DNA from: Nitrosopumilus sp.
GTDB lineage: Archaea; Thermoproteota; Nitrososphaeria; Nitrososphaerales; Nitrosopumilaceae
Assembly (NCBI GenBank): GCA_965238275.1
Contig: OZ250186.1
Location: 1,824,001-1,888,000 of the forward strand
Length of the DNA stretch: 64,000 nt
Reading direction: 5' to 3'
The position numbers and the translations under genes were made by a program. Positions 12,476 through 21,564 of the stretch are shown here, one piece after another (within the stretch, counting starts at the first letter, position 1; every line of letters begins with the position of its first letter). The notes beneath the pieces were generated by a model. The model made no database searches. It had not been told where the DNA came from and saw only the letters and a program-made list of their open reading frames with translations.

Positions 12476-13183
12476 TCAGAGCCATGCGTGCGACAGGAAA
12501 AGCCCCTTTAGGATCCCTAGCGCCACTGTAAACGCGTATGTGGCGGCTATTGCCAATGCCAGAACACCGACCGCCTTGCCCGTCCCGAACCCGTGCGATA
12601 TCTTTGTCGCCTTTACGAACAGCACAAAGGCCCACGCCATGAAAGAGGCCAAAAATGCGTTTTGAATTAGGAGGATGATACCGTGACCGGCGAAGTCGAG
12701 CGCGTATGACGGCGACAGGTCTGGATCCTGGTCTAGCGAGCCCCCTCCCACGTAGCCGCCACGCATTGATTCTAGGGGATCAAACAGGTGCATGCCGGCC
12801 AGGGTGGTGGCGACCAAAACCGCGATTGGGATCAGACAGAATGACAGCGTCGGAAACGTATCCCTGAACTTGCGGTTTCCTCCATACCTGCTTCCGATCC
12901 AGAATATCGCAGCAATGAACAGGAGGTTCTGCAGGATGGCACTGATGAGCGATATAGCGTATGCCCACATGCCATCGCCAAAGCCACTGAATGTGCCGCT
13001 GCCCGGCTCGGGCCATATGGCGGCAGACGGCAGGGCAGACACAAGGCACACGGCCGCAAATACCGCCACGGACGATGCAAGATAGCGGTCAGGGGCCATG
13101 GATATCGTCCTGAATGTGTCGCCCGGTCTTGCCATCGTGCCAGCAACGGCACAGAGCGCGCGACTACACCCGACTCCTTCCAT
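12476..13183 (-). CDS. Yip1-family integral membrane protein
   Basis: Five hydrophobic segments; 'IGSRYGGNRKF..LSFCLIP', 'KISHGFGTGKA'. Confidence 0.75.
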   Translation of the reverse strand: MEGVGCSRALCAVAGTMARPGDTFRTISMAPDRYLASSVAVFAAVCLVSALPSAAIWPEPGSGTFSGFGDGMWAYAISLISAILQNLLFIAAIFWIGSRYGGNRKFRDTFPTLSFCLIPIAVLVATTLAGMHLFDPLESMRGGYVGGGSLDQDPDLSPSYALDFAGHGIILLIQNAFLASFMAWAFVLFVKATKISHGFGTGKAVGVLALAIAATYAFTVALGILKGLFLSHAWL

Positions 13184-13285
13184 GATACACGCCCGTATGC
13201 TGATCCGGCATCTTATATGTCATCATCATTTTGGGGCACGAGTCGCGCGCGGGCCGGCCTGACACGCTCCGGACGTTTGCCGCGC

Positions 13286-13495
13286 ATGCTAGCAGATCTC
13301 GGCCGACGCGCGTCCTGCGTGCCCGGCCCGCTTGTGCTCATGTCAGTAGCGGTACCGGTGACCATTGGCGTCTTGGTGAGCCGGGTGTTGTCTTTCATTA
13401 GGCGGAGCGGCGTCCTTGCCGGCTTGTCGGTGACGGCTGGCCTGGCGGTCTTCTTCATGGACGTGGCCATGATCGTGCATGTACAGAACAGCTAA
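13286..13495 (+). CDS. Possible small membrane protein
   Basis: Two hydrophobic stretches; start uncertain. Confidence 0.25.
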   Translation: MLADLGRRASCVPGPLVLMSVAVPVTIGVLVSRVLSFIRRSGVLAGLSVTAGLAVFFMDVAMIVHVQNS

Positions 13496-13965
13496 AACTG
13501 CGCACTTGCCGCTGCCGCCGCTTGCAGTCCGAATATGTACAGTTGTGGGAAATCAGACCAGCCATAGGAGTAATCGCCGTGATGGCGCACGCGTGGCGCG
13601 CGACCGGGTGGTGACGTCTTGCCGTCCTAGTAACCGGAGCGCGCCGCCCCTGCGTATTCGTTGTTCCAGCACGTCTCAAGCAGAGGGCCTAAGGAATCTA
13701 CCATGCGCGGCTCGGTAGGAATCGTGATTTGGCCGCTTAGGAAGTGCCACGCGGGGGGTCAGGAGGGGCCAAACTGTAGTGATATGGACAAGACTGCGAC
13801 AGACACAATCGCTTTAATAAACGGACGCGCGAGGCACTTCATGGACGGAAGGGCTACGAGGTTTTTTTGGAGCAGGAAGGGGTTCACCATAATATTCATT
13901 TTGGCGGCCATCGGACTGGCGTCCGTCGTTTCTAAAGCGATATATTCGACGCTCAACCTGTTCCG

Positions 13966-14364
13966 CTAGTCTCGTTTGCCCAGAAATAAACGGCGCGTGC
14001 TAATGGAGTTTGCTGGCGGGAATCCAATCGGTGCGCTTTTCGGGGTTGGCCTTCTGGTACGCCCTAACCCCCTCACAGGATTGGCGTCACGCCAAGCTTT
14101 CTCCAGCGCGGGGCGCTTTTCTTTGCCTTTTTCCAAGTATGCGGCAACCCCCTCAGAATTGGCGTCACGCCAGGCTTTCTGGTAAGCATACACCTTTTCC
14201 TTGTTCTTTTGGCGGTACGCCTTTTGCTGCGCGGCTACCTTTGCCTTGTTCTTTTGGTGATACTGTTTGGCGTATTCGGATTTGCTCGTTCGGGAACCGG
14301 ATGCGGTCTTGGCAGGTTCGCCTGGCAGGTTCGCCTGGCAGGTTCGCCTGGCAGGTTTGGCCAC
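13966..14364 (-). CDS. Basic helical-repeat protein resembling the N-terminus of HNH homing endonucleases; no HNH domain seen
   Basis: YHQKNKAK/YRQKNKEK/KAWRDAN repeats. Confidence 0.5.
   Translation of the reverse strand: MAKPARRTCQANLPGEPAKTASGSRTSKSEYAKQYHQKNKAKVAAQQKAYRQKNKEKVYAYQKAWRDANSEGVAAYLEKGKEKRPALEKAWRDANPVRGLGRTRRPTPKSAPIGFPPANSISTRRLFLGKRD
14310..14357 (+). repeat. 13-bp tandem repeat TGGCAGGTTCGCC x3 plus partial
   Basis: Read directly from the sequence. Confidence 0.9.
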
Positions 14365-14480
14365 GGTACAGTCATGGAATGGCCTTTATTTTGTCTGTCG
14401 ATGCCATATGCACCGCACGGGAACCACCTGCGCGGCATTCGGCCGCCGTGTGCATCCAGCCGCAACCGACGAAAAGATGC

Positions 14481-14720
14481 AAAGGGAAAGTAAACCGCTG
14501 AAAACTACACCCACAATAAATCTTTGTAGTTGGTTTTGTTTGCCCTTTTATATAGCGGCGAGCGAAAGTTTGTGCAGACAGATTTCTCCGTAACGTCCTA
14601 GTGCCCTTTCTGGCGTTCTGTCAGATCTTCCAAAATCATCGTTGTCGGGTCCAAGCCGACTTGTCAAGCTGTCCTTTGCAGGACTGCCTGAACCGTGATC
14701 CTCGCGCCTTGTGACGACCT
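14481..14720 (-). ncRNA. Putative omega-RNA/reRNA region overlapping tnpB 3' end
   Basis: Minus-strand hairpins GTCCT-GCAA-AGGAC, GTCGG..CCGAC, GACAGA..TCTGTC, and an imperfect palindrome at 14481-14547; boundaries uncertain. Confidence 0.5.
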
Positions 14721-15975
14721 CGACATCTGCAATGATGCCTCCACAATCTTTGTGGGCTTGGCCGCCAGTCTCCTCCATGTGGAGACGTCCGTTAGTGAAA
14801 ATGATTTGTGCCGCGCTCTTGTCTGCATGGTGGTGCCATCCGCATGCCGTGCAGACAAATGATTCACTGTTCCTTGATTTCTTGTCCACGGTCTTGCATC
14901 TCATGCACGTCCTGCTCGTGTTCTTGTATTCCACGCGTTTTGGAATCCCGCCCTTCTTTTTCATCTGCCATTCAAGCTGGCCTCGAAACTCCTCAATCCG
15001 GGAGTATGCCATCTCGCGGTTCAGTCCGGTCTTTGATGCCTTTCCGTTGGATCGCCTCATTTTGGTCAAGTCCAGGTCTTCCAAAAACAACACGGACAGA
15101 TTCTTCGTTATCCGTCTGGCAATACCTGTCTCGTTGTGTTTCTGCCTGTCAGATATCTTTTTCAATTCGCGTTTTATCTTGCGGCCGATTTCGCTCCATT
15201 TGCGCGAACCATGCACGCATTTTGACCGGCGTAACTTTAACTGGTCAATCCTGTCACCGTCATGCCGTTTGCAACCGCTGGGAACGTTGTACAGTTTTTC
15301 GTTCCCATGCTCGTCTGCGACTGCCGCCAGGTGCCTTACTCCAAGGTCCAGTCCTGCCATCGAACCGGCCGCCTGTTCGGGGTCCGGAACCTCGATCTGC
15401 AAGTGCAGTTTGAATTCGCGATCACCGTCCCTGATCCTGCGCGTAATCTTCTCTGTGACATCAATCATCTGGAACGACACGGGCCTGCCTTCGGGGATCT
15501 TCGTGCGCGGTCTTACTTCCCCGAGTCCGGGCAGGAATACGGTGTCGTTGTCCCGCAGTTTTGGCTTTCCGCGTGAATTCAGCGAACGCAACCTCGTGAT
15601 TTTTTTGCCCCTCCTCATCAGGCTCGACGGTTCCGTCCACCTGTTGTGTTTGTACGTTTTGGTCTTGTCGAGCCTTATCTGTTTCTTGCGCCAGATACGT
15701 TTTACATGCTTTACTCGGTTTGCCTTGCGGAATTTGGCTACAGCCTGGAATGCCTGTTTTGAGGCGGCCTCATGCATGTGGACGCTGTTGGCCAGGTTGA
15801 ATTCCCCGCGCCATCCAGTTATCAGGTTGTTGATGTCAAACTGCGTGATTCTTGGATGTGCAAGTTTCATCATGATTGCCATGTCGTAAATGATGTCGGT
15901 TTCCAGGGAGCATTTCACGATCTTGCGTGACAGTTCTCGTGATTGTATAATTTTGATGCTTTTGCTGACAATCAT
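14548..15975 (-). CDS. tnpB: TnpB RNA-guided endonuclease (IS200/IS605 superfamily, IS1341-like, no tnpA)
   Basis: RuvC-I GLDLGV, RuvC-II FLEDL, KTGLNR, TSRTCMRC...FVCTACG Zn ribbon, RuvC-III HAD; likely start MIVSKSIK (ORF open to 16038). Confidence 0.92.
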   Translation of the reverse strand: MIVSKSIKIIQSRELSRKIVKCSLETDIIYDMAIMMKLAHPRITQFDINNLITGWRGEFNLANSVHMHEAASKQAFQAVAKFRKANRVKHVKRIWRKKQIRLDKTKTYKHNRWTEPSSLMRRGKKITRLRSLNSRGKPKLRDNDTVFLPGLGEVRPRTKIPEGRPVSFQMIDVTEKITRRIRDGDREFKLHLQIEVPDPEQAAGSMAGLDLGVRHLAAVADEHGNEKLYNVPSGCKRHDGDRIDQLKLRRSKCVHGSRKWSEIGRKIKRELKKISDRQKHNETGIARRITKNLSVLFLEDLDLTKMRRSNGKASKTGLNREMAYSRIEEFRGQLEWQMKKKGGIPKRVEYKNTSRTCMRCKTVDKKSRNSESFVCTACGWHHHADKSAAQIIFTNGRLHMEETGGQAHKDCGGIIADVEVVTRREDHGSGSPAKDSLTSRLGPDNDDFGRSDRTPERALGRYGEICLHKLSLAAI

Positions 15976-16182
15976 GTACACAATAGAACTTGTTTTTTTA
16001 AAAAGGAGGTGCATTGATTGCAGGAACATGCTCTTCACTATAGGAATGGGGCAATTAACTGAATCTTGCGCTTGGCATTATGCGCGTGGGTGTCGTCTGC
16101 TCCAGACAGGTCTGGAAGGGCGGCATTGGCAGATGCAGGAGAATTCATCCACGGAGCGAATCCAGAGTGCTGCCCGGTTCCC

Positions 16183-16512
16183 TCACAGTTTTGAGCCGAT
16201 TGCAATGATTGAGCGGAGGATCAGGGCGGACAGTCCCATCTGAGATGTAAGAAACTTTACTGCACCTGCAAGGGGTTCTTCTCCACGGTATCCCTCGTCA
16301 TAGACCATCTCGATTGAACCCCTGTCAGTATCCACAAAGGATGTTATGATGGAGTAGGTGCCATGCGTCTGGTCTGTCTGGTAGAGACGCAGTTCAACCC
16401 GGCGCACTTCAAACCCGTCCTGTACAAAGCCACCCGAGGAGAGCATAACCTCAACGTCATCAGGACTGCAGTCCACCCTTTGGGCATCAGGAACATCAAC
16501 TATCCGCATCAT
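16183..16512 (-). CDS. Conserved thaumarchaeal hypothetical protein
   Basis: Likely start MMRIVDV; globular composition. Confidence 0.65.
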   Translation of the reverse strand: MMRIVDVPDAQRVDCSPDDVEVMLSSGGFVQDGFEVRRVELRLYQTDQTHGTYSIITSFVDTDRGSIEMVYDEGYRGEEPLAGAVKFLTSQMGLSALILRSIIAIGSKL

Positions 16513-16791
16513 ACTTCCTGTGAATGCATTCACATAAGTATAATTTTGGCGAATCCTCTGGCATCGCCTCTGTGGCAGGAGTGTGTGTAGACAGTCGCAG
16601 TTCGGCCGTGCGCCATTTTCCCGGCCTGCCCGATATTCAAAATAGTGGCGCACACCAGAGCATCCCTGGAATAGAATGCATGGCAGTTATTGCAGACTCA
16701 AAATACATGGGAGTGTGACTGGGAATTTTTGGATATAATTCTTGGGCATTGGCTGTAAGACTTTTTATAATAACGGGGGCGCCTTGGAGTC

Positions 16792-17139
16792 ATGCAGTAC
16801 TTTGTGGCTCTGAAGACCGGACAGAAACGCGTCGCATCCGCAAGGGAGTATCTTAACGGACTCACAGGTGGCAAGGCAATGCCGGCACTGGCACTGGCAG
16901 ATACAAAATCAGGCGTCTGGGAGCCGGTCGGCGAGGAGAACCTGTACGCGTTTGTAGACGAGTCCTCAGGGTTTGTCCTGACGGACAACAGCGGATACAT
17001 CCTTGCGCTGGTGGACAAAAGCGGTGCCTCAAAGACGATAGTGCAGGGCGTCACTGTACAGCAAAAGGAGGCGCTGGAAAAGACGTTCCGCTCAGACGGC
17101 ATAGAAAAGTTTGAAGGCAAGGTAATCCTGCCGGTATGA
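16792..17139 (+). CDS. Conserved thaumarchaeal hypothetical protein
   Basis: 115-aa ORF; TTTTATAA TATA box at ~16763-16770. Confidence 0.75.
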   Translation: MQYFVALKTGQKRVASAREYLNGLTGGKAMPALALADTKSGVWEPVGEENLYAFVDESSGFVLTDNSGYILALVDKSGASKTIVQGVTVQQKEALEKTFRSDGIEKFEGKVILPV

Positions 17140-17187
17140 CCCAAAACAACGTAAACCTTTAGTTAGACTCGTTTAAAGAAGAGTAAA

Positions 17188-18477
17188 TTGGACGGATTTT
17201 CCGAAGAAGTCGAGGCAAGCGGTCATCTGATTGACTCCATGATAATGAGCAGAATCTTTGAGAGCATAATCAACCTTCAGGGAGACTTTCAGATTCAGGA
17301 GATCAACATCGGAAAGAGAAAGACGGACAAGTCCTATTTCAGGCTGCGCGTGACCGGCAGGGACAAGAAGCATCTTGAGGTGCTCCTAGAGGAGATTCAC
17401 AGGGAGGGGGCAGTCTCCAAGATTCGAAAGGAGACAAGGCTGGTAGAATCCCCAAGGGACTGCGTTATGCCGGATAACTTTTACAGCACGACAAACAACG
17501 ACACTGAAATCTTTCATGACGGGAGATGGGTTGCAGTGGACAACATGATGATGGACAAGTGCATCAGGGTGCAAAATGGTGCAGCATCCTGCGTCCCGGT
17601 CAGGGACGTAAGAAAGGGAGACCAGATAGTGGTAGGCGAGGACGGGATAAAGATCACGCCGCCTGAGCGTCCAAGGGAGGGGGCCAACATATTTGAGTTT
17701 ATGGGAAGTTCAAGCTCTAGCGAGAGGCCGACCCAGCACATTGCAAGAAAGGTGGCAGACGACATATACGATACCAAAAAGGCAGGCGGCAGGGTGATTA
17801 TAGTAGGGGGCCCTGCAATCGTACACACGGGAGCTGCAGATACCGTGGCAGAGATGATACGGCTGGGATTCATAGACGGAATCCTTGCAGGAAACGCACT
17901 TGCAGTACACGACATAGAGTATGCCACGCTTGGGACGTCGCTTGGGATGAATGTTCACGATGCGTCCCTGGCACACCACGGGCACAGAAACCACATGGAT
18001 GCAGTCAATGCCGTGTTCAAGGCAGGCTCGATTGCAGAGATGGTAAGGTCAGGAGTGCTGACAAGGGGAATAATGTACGAGTGCATACAGAACAACGTTC
18101 CGTTTGCCCTGGCAGCCTCAATCCGGGATGACGGGCCGCTCCCTGACGTGACAGTCGACATAGTCGAGGCACAGCGAAAATACAAGAAGATCCTCAAGGG
18201 CGCAGACATGGTAATAATGGTCTCCACGATGCTCCACTCCATCGCAGTCGGAAACATGCTGCCTGCCAACGTCAAGGTGATTGTCGTGGATATCAGCCAG
18301 CCGACAGTCACAAAGCTGATGGACCGGGGAACGTGGCAGGCGCTGGGGATTGTAACTGACGTGGGCGCGTTCCTGCCCATGGTGGCAGATAACATCCGAA
18401 GAAGGATGAAGACGGACGACAGCACTCAGACGAATCCCGGATCCGCACGCATCTCCAGCACACCAGGCAGTTCATGA
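17188..18477 (+). CDS. TIGR00300-family protein (LOR/SDH-like; ornithine cyclodeaminase-type)
   Basis: GHLIDS, FYSTTN, FEFMGSSSSSERP, GNALAVHDIE, SIRDDGPLP, KLMDRG. Confidence 0.88.
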   Translation: MDGFSEEVEASGHLIDSMIMSRIFESIINLQGDFQIQEINIGKRKTDKSYFRLRVTGRDKKHLEVLLEEIHREGAVSKIRKETRLVESPRDCVMPDNFYSTTNNDTEIFHDGRWVAVDNMMMDKCIRVQNGAASCVPVRDVRKGDQIVVGEDGIKITPPERPREGANIFEFMGSSSSSERPTQHIARKVADDIYDTKKAGGRVIIVGGPAIVHTGAADTVAEMIRLGFIDGILAGNALAVHDIEYATLGTSLGMNVHDASLAHHGHRNHMDAVNAVFKAGSIAEMVRSGVLTRGIMYECIQNNVPFALAASIRDDGPLPDVTVDIVEAQRKYKKILKGADMVIMVSTMLHSIAVGNMLPANVKVIVVDISQPTVTKLMDRGTWQALGIVTDVGAFLPMVADNIRRRMKTDDSTQTNPGSARISSTPGSS

Positions 18478-18565
18478 CAACGGCATTCCCGAGACGACTC
18501 CCAGAAGGTTCCACCTAAAACAATACGGCATCCCACAGTAGCCAGGATCATCTCATGCCGAACCG

Positions 18566-20491
18566 TCATGCAAGATCCGTCCAGCACGGAATCTCATCGA
18601 GGACCTGCGGATTCTCAAGGGACGACAGGTCGCCGAGGTCCTGTGCAAGCAGTTTTGAGCGCAGCGCGCGCCTTAGTATCTTCCCGGTTCGGGTTCGCGG
18701 CAGATCAGAGACTTGTATGACCATCCGCGGTCTTGCAATCTTGCCGATTCGGCGTGCCACCATGTCTGCAATCTCTGTCTCCAGTCCATCTTCTGCCACA
18801 ACAAACACCACTACTGCCTGGCCGGTCAGTTTATCGGGTACGGCAACGGATGCCACATCAGAGACCCCCGGATGCGACAGTGCAGAATCCTCTATCTCTG
18901 CAGTGCTCATCCGGTGCCCTGAGACGTTTATGACATCGTCTGCCCTTCCGCGCATGTACCACAGGCCGTCCCCGTCCACAAGGACATAGTCGCCATGAAA
19001 CCAGACATCCTTAAACCTGGACCAGTAGGTCTTGATGTACCGCGAGTCGTCATGGAGCAGGCCCCGAGTCATTGCAGGCCACGGGGATTTGATCACAAGG
19101 TATCCGTTTTTGCCCCTGACCGGTTCTCCCTGCTCGTCCACCGAGTCAAGGCTCATGCCTGGTATCGGGATGCCCACCGTGGACGGCTTGATGCGCATTC
19201 CCGGAAGGACAGACAGCATCGCGCCGCCAATCTCGGTTCCCCCGGACAGGTTCACTATCGGGATCTGCCTTCTCCCCACCCTCTCAAAGAGCCACCACCA
19301 CGAGTCCTCGTCCAGCGGCTCCCCGGTTGTGGCAATGACTCTCAGATGGTCCAGTTTGGGCGGCGACGGCTGCACGTTGCTGCGCCTGATCATCCTGGCT
19401 GCCGTGGGCGATGTCCCAAATATGGTTGCCTGCGTACTGGAGAGTATCTGCCATGTCCTTCCGGCGTCAGGAAAGTCCAGGGCGCCGTCGTAGATTACGG
19501 CAGATGCGCCGGTCAGCAAAAGTCCGTAGACGTTCCATACTAGGCCCGTAATCCAGCCGATGTCAGCAGGCCAGAAGAGGGTGTCGGTTCTGTGCATGTC
19601 AGTCAGGTACGCGGACTGGTAGCCTGCAAAGACTGAAAACCCCCCGTGCGTGTGAACCACGCCCTTGGGTCTTCCGGTGGTGCCCGAGGTGTACAGGATG
19701 AATAGCGGGTCCTCAGAGTCCATGCTCTGAGTGGGGCACCTGCCCCCTCCCTGCGACGAGATCAGATTACCATAGGGCGTCACTCCGTCTGAGGGTGCGT
19801 ACCTGTCAACTCCCATGTACGGCACCACGATGATCCTCTCCACTGCGGTATTCCGGACTGACTGCATGACGGTATCTTTTGCAGATACCGGTCTTCCCCT
19901 CCTCTGAAAGCCGTCGCACACAAAGAGCACCTTGGCATTGCAGTCACAGAGCCGTACGTGAAGGGATTCGGCGCCATACCCCAAAAATATGGCAGTCTGG
20001 ACTGCGCCGATCTTGGCAGATGCGAGGATCGCCAGTATCGCCTCGGGGATCATCGGCATGTATACGGCAACCACGTCGCCTGGCCCCACCCCGATACCGC
20101 GCAGGCCGTTTGCAAGGGCGGATGCCTTCCTGTCCAGTTCGGCATATGTCAGTCCAGACGACATGCCGTTTTCTGAGACGAATGTGTATGCGGTACTTTG
20201 AGGATTCGACTGCGCAAACCTCTCAACGGAGGAGCAGTATATGTTGGTCCTGCCCCCTACAAACCAACGGGACCACATGATTCCCTTGGAGGAGTCAAGT
20301 ATCTCAGAGTATGGAGCATCCCAGACTATCCCGATATCCTGGCCTACTGCCTCCCAGAACCACTCGGGGTTACCTGCAGCCATGGCAGACAGATCCTCCA
20401 AATTTGATATTCCGTGCCTCTGCATGAATCCGAACATGTTGGATTCGGCAGTCTGCTTTGGGGTCGGGGTAAACTCAAAGCCGGTCAACAA
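18566..20491 (-). CDS. AMP-forming acyl-CoA synthetase (acetyl-CoA synthetase family)
   Basis: YTSGTTGRPKG, SGGTE, GRADDVINVSGHR, PRTRTGKILRR. Confidence 0.92.
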   Translation of the reverse strand: MLTGFEFTPTPKQTAESNMFGFMQRHGISNLEDLSAMAAGNPEWFWEAVGQDIGIVWDAPYSEILDSSKGIMWSRWFVGGRTNIYCSSVERFAQSNPQSTAYTFVSENGMSSGLTYAELDRKASALANGLRGIGVGPGDVVAVYMPMIPEAILAILASAKIGAVQTAIFLGYGAESLHVRLCDCNAKVLFVCDGFQRRGRPVSAKDTVMQSVRNTAVERIIVVPYMGVDRYAPSDGVTPYGNLISSQGGGRCPTQSMDSEDPLFILYTSGTTGRPKGVVHTHGGFSVFAGYQSAYLTDMHRTDTLFWPADIGWITGLVWNVYGLLLTGASAVIYDGALDFPDAGRTWQILSSTQATIFGTSPTAARMIRRSNVQPSPPKLDHLRVIATTGEPLDEDSWWWLFERVGRRQIPIVNLSGGTEIGGAMLSVLPGMRIKPSTVGIPIPGMSLDSVDEQGEPVRGKNGYLVIKSPWPAMTRGLLHDDSRYIKTYWSRFKDVWFHGDYVLVDGDGLWYMRGRADDVINVSGHRMSTAEIEDSALSHPGVSDVASVAVPDKLTGQAVVVFVVAEDGLETEIADMVARRIGKIARPRMVIQVSDLPRTRTGKILRRALRSKLLAQDLGDLSSLENPQVLDEIPCWTDLA

Positions 20492-20719
20492 TCCAACCGG
20501 GGATGCAATCTAAAAAGACCTTTCGGACTTTTTCAAGTATTGTCCAGGTCTATGCAGGTACGGAGCAAAATTCTCATCAGCCTGCATGTCTTTGCATTTT
20601 TGTGGTAAACGGATGCTTTGGACACTCCGGATAACGCTCCAAGCCATACAAGATTGCCTCGGTTCAGCATGCCAAGGCAAACCACTTTTGGGGCACGCAT
20701 ATGTCAGTAATCAACGAAA

Positions 20720-20782
20720 TATTTAAATAAAAACAATATATCATTATAGCATGGACTATTTAAAGAAAAACAATATGATTGT
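20720..20782 (+). promoter_or_regulatory. Duplicated 20-bp TATA-containing motif plus short palindrome at antitoxin start
   Basis: TATTTAAA(T/G)AAAAACAATAT at 20720-20739 and 20757-20776; ACAAT-ATG-ATTGT at 20770-20782. Confidence 0.55.
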
Positions 20783-21380
20783 CAATAGTGAAAGAAAGAG
20801 TGCAATCAAATCAAGACTTGCACGAGTGCTGCTAAACCATCCTGAGGGACACCTAACAAAATACAGAGTTGCCCAGCTGTCTAAAAATAAGTATCCATGG
20901 ACACATCAAGTTCTAAAAACTTTAGAAGAACAGGAAATTGTGAAAGGAACAAAGGTTTTAAAGTTTCAAATCCTGTTCAAGCTATGGATGAAATGGGAAT
21001 TACCGTACAAAACCATGAGCTATCTAATAAAAGATCCAGTAGAGTTGTTAATGAAAACAAAATTAAAATATGCATTGACGACATATCAGGCAGAGAATTT
21101 AATACAGAATTATCTATTCCCAACTAGAATTGATTTTCATATTAGGCCAGACGACAAAATTAAATGGCACAAACTACTGGCAAAGAATGGATTAGTCGGT
21201 GCAGGAAACACTAGGATAATAATTTCCAACGAACACGTATTCTATAATTCATTTAGGAGGGATGAACTGGATGTATCCTCGGTTCCACAAATAATTTTTG
21301 ATCTCTATAACGAAGGTGGGGTATGTATCGAAGCCGGTGAAATGTTAACGGACAAGGTGATAATGAATGCTATATCATGA
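20751..21380 (+). CDS. AbiEi-like (type IV TA antitoxin) wHTH protein, AT-rich
   Basis: N-terminal HTH; YALTTYQAE, GNTRII, SVPQIIFDLYNEGG..EAGE; start may be 20775. Confidence 0.7.
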   Translation: MDYLKKNNMIVNSERKSAIKSRLARVLLNHPEGHLTKYRVAQLSKNKYPWTHQVLKTLEEQEIVKGTKVLKFQILFKLWMKWELPYKTMSYLIKDPVELLMKTKLKYALTTYQAENLIQNYLFPTRIDFHIRPDDKIKWHKLLAKNGLVGAGNTRIIISNEHVFYNSFRRDELDVSSVPQIIFDLYNEGGVCIEAGEMLTDKVIMNAIS

Positions 21381-21444
21381 GTACGAAACCAGCGTATCAA
21401 AAAACAATCTATCATCACGGGATCAGGATACGGAATACGTCTAA
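21367..21444 (+). pseudogene. Possible 5' stub of cognate AbiEii nucleotidyltransferase
   Basis: MLYHEYETSVSK... start overlaps the antitoxin 3' end, then stops after 25 codons. Confidence 0.35.
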
Positions 21445-21564
21445 AGGTCATGCCGAATTGTGTAACATCCGGAAAACCGTGTGCCTGTCAGCCTGTTCCA
21501 AGCCTGTCAGGGCATGTGTCAATCTTGAGATTCCGGCAAACTCGAGGGTCTAAACATCTGGATA

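Noticed and set aside
14711-15889. 392-aa plus-strand ORF
   Set aside because: Antisense shadow of tnpB with no recognisable motifs
14548-16038. Cas12f, Fanzor or nuclease-dead TldR assignment
   Set aside because: No CRISPR array is adjacent; canonical TnpB D-E-D spacing and all catalytic residues are present
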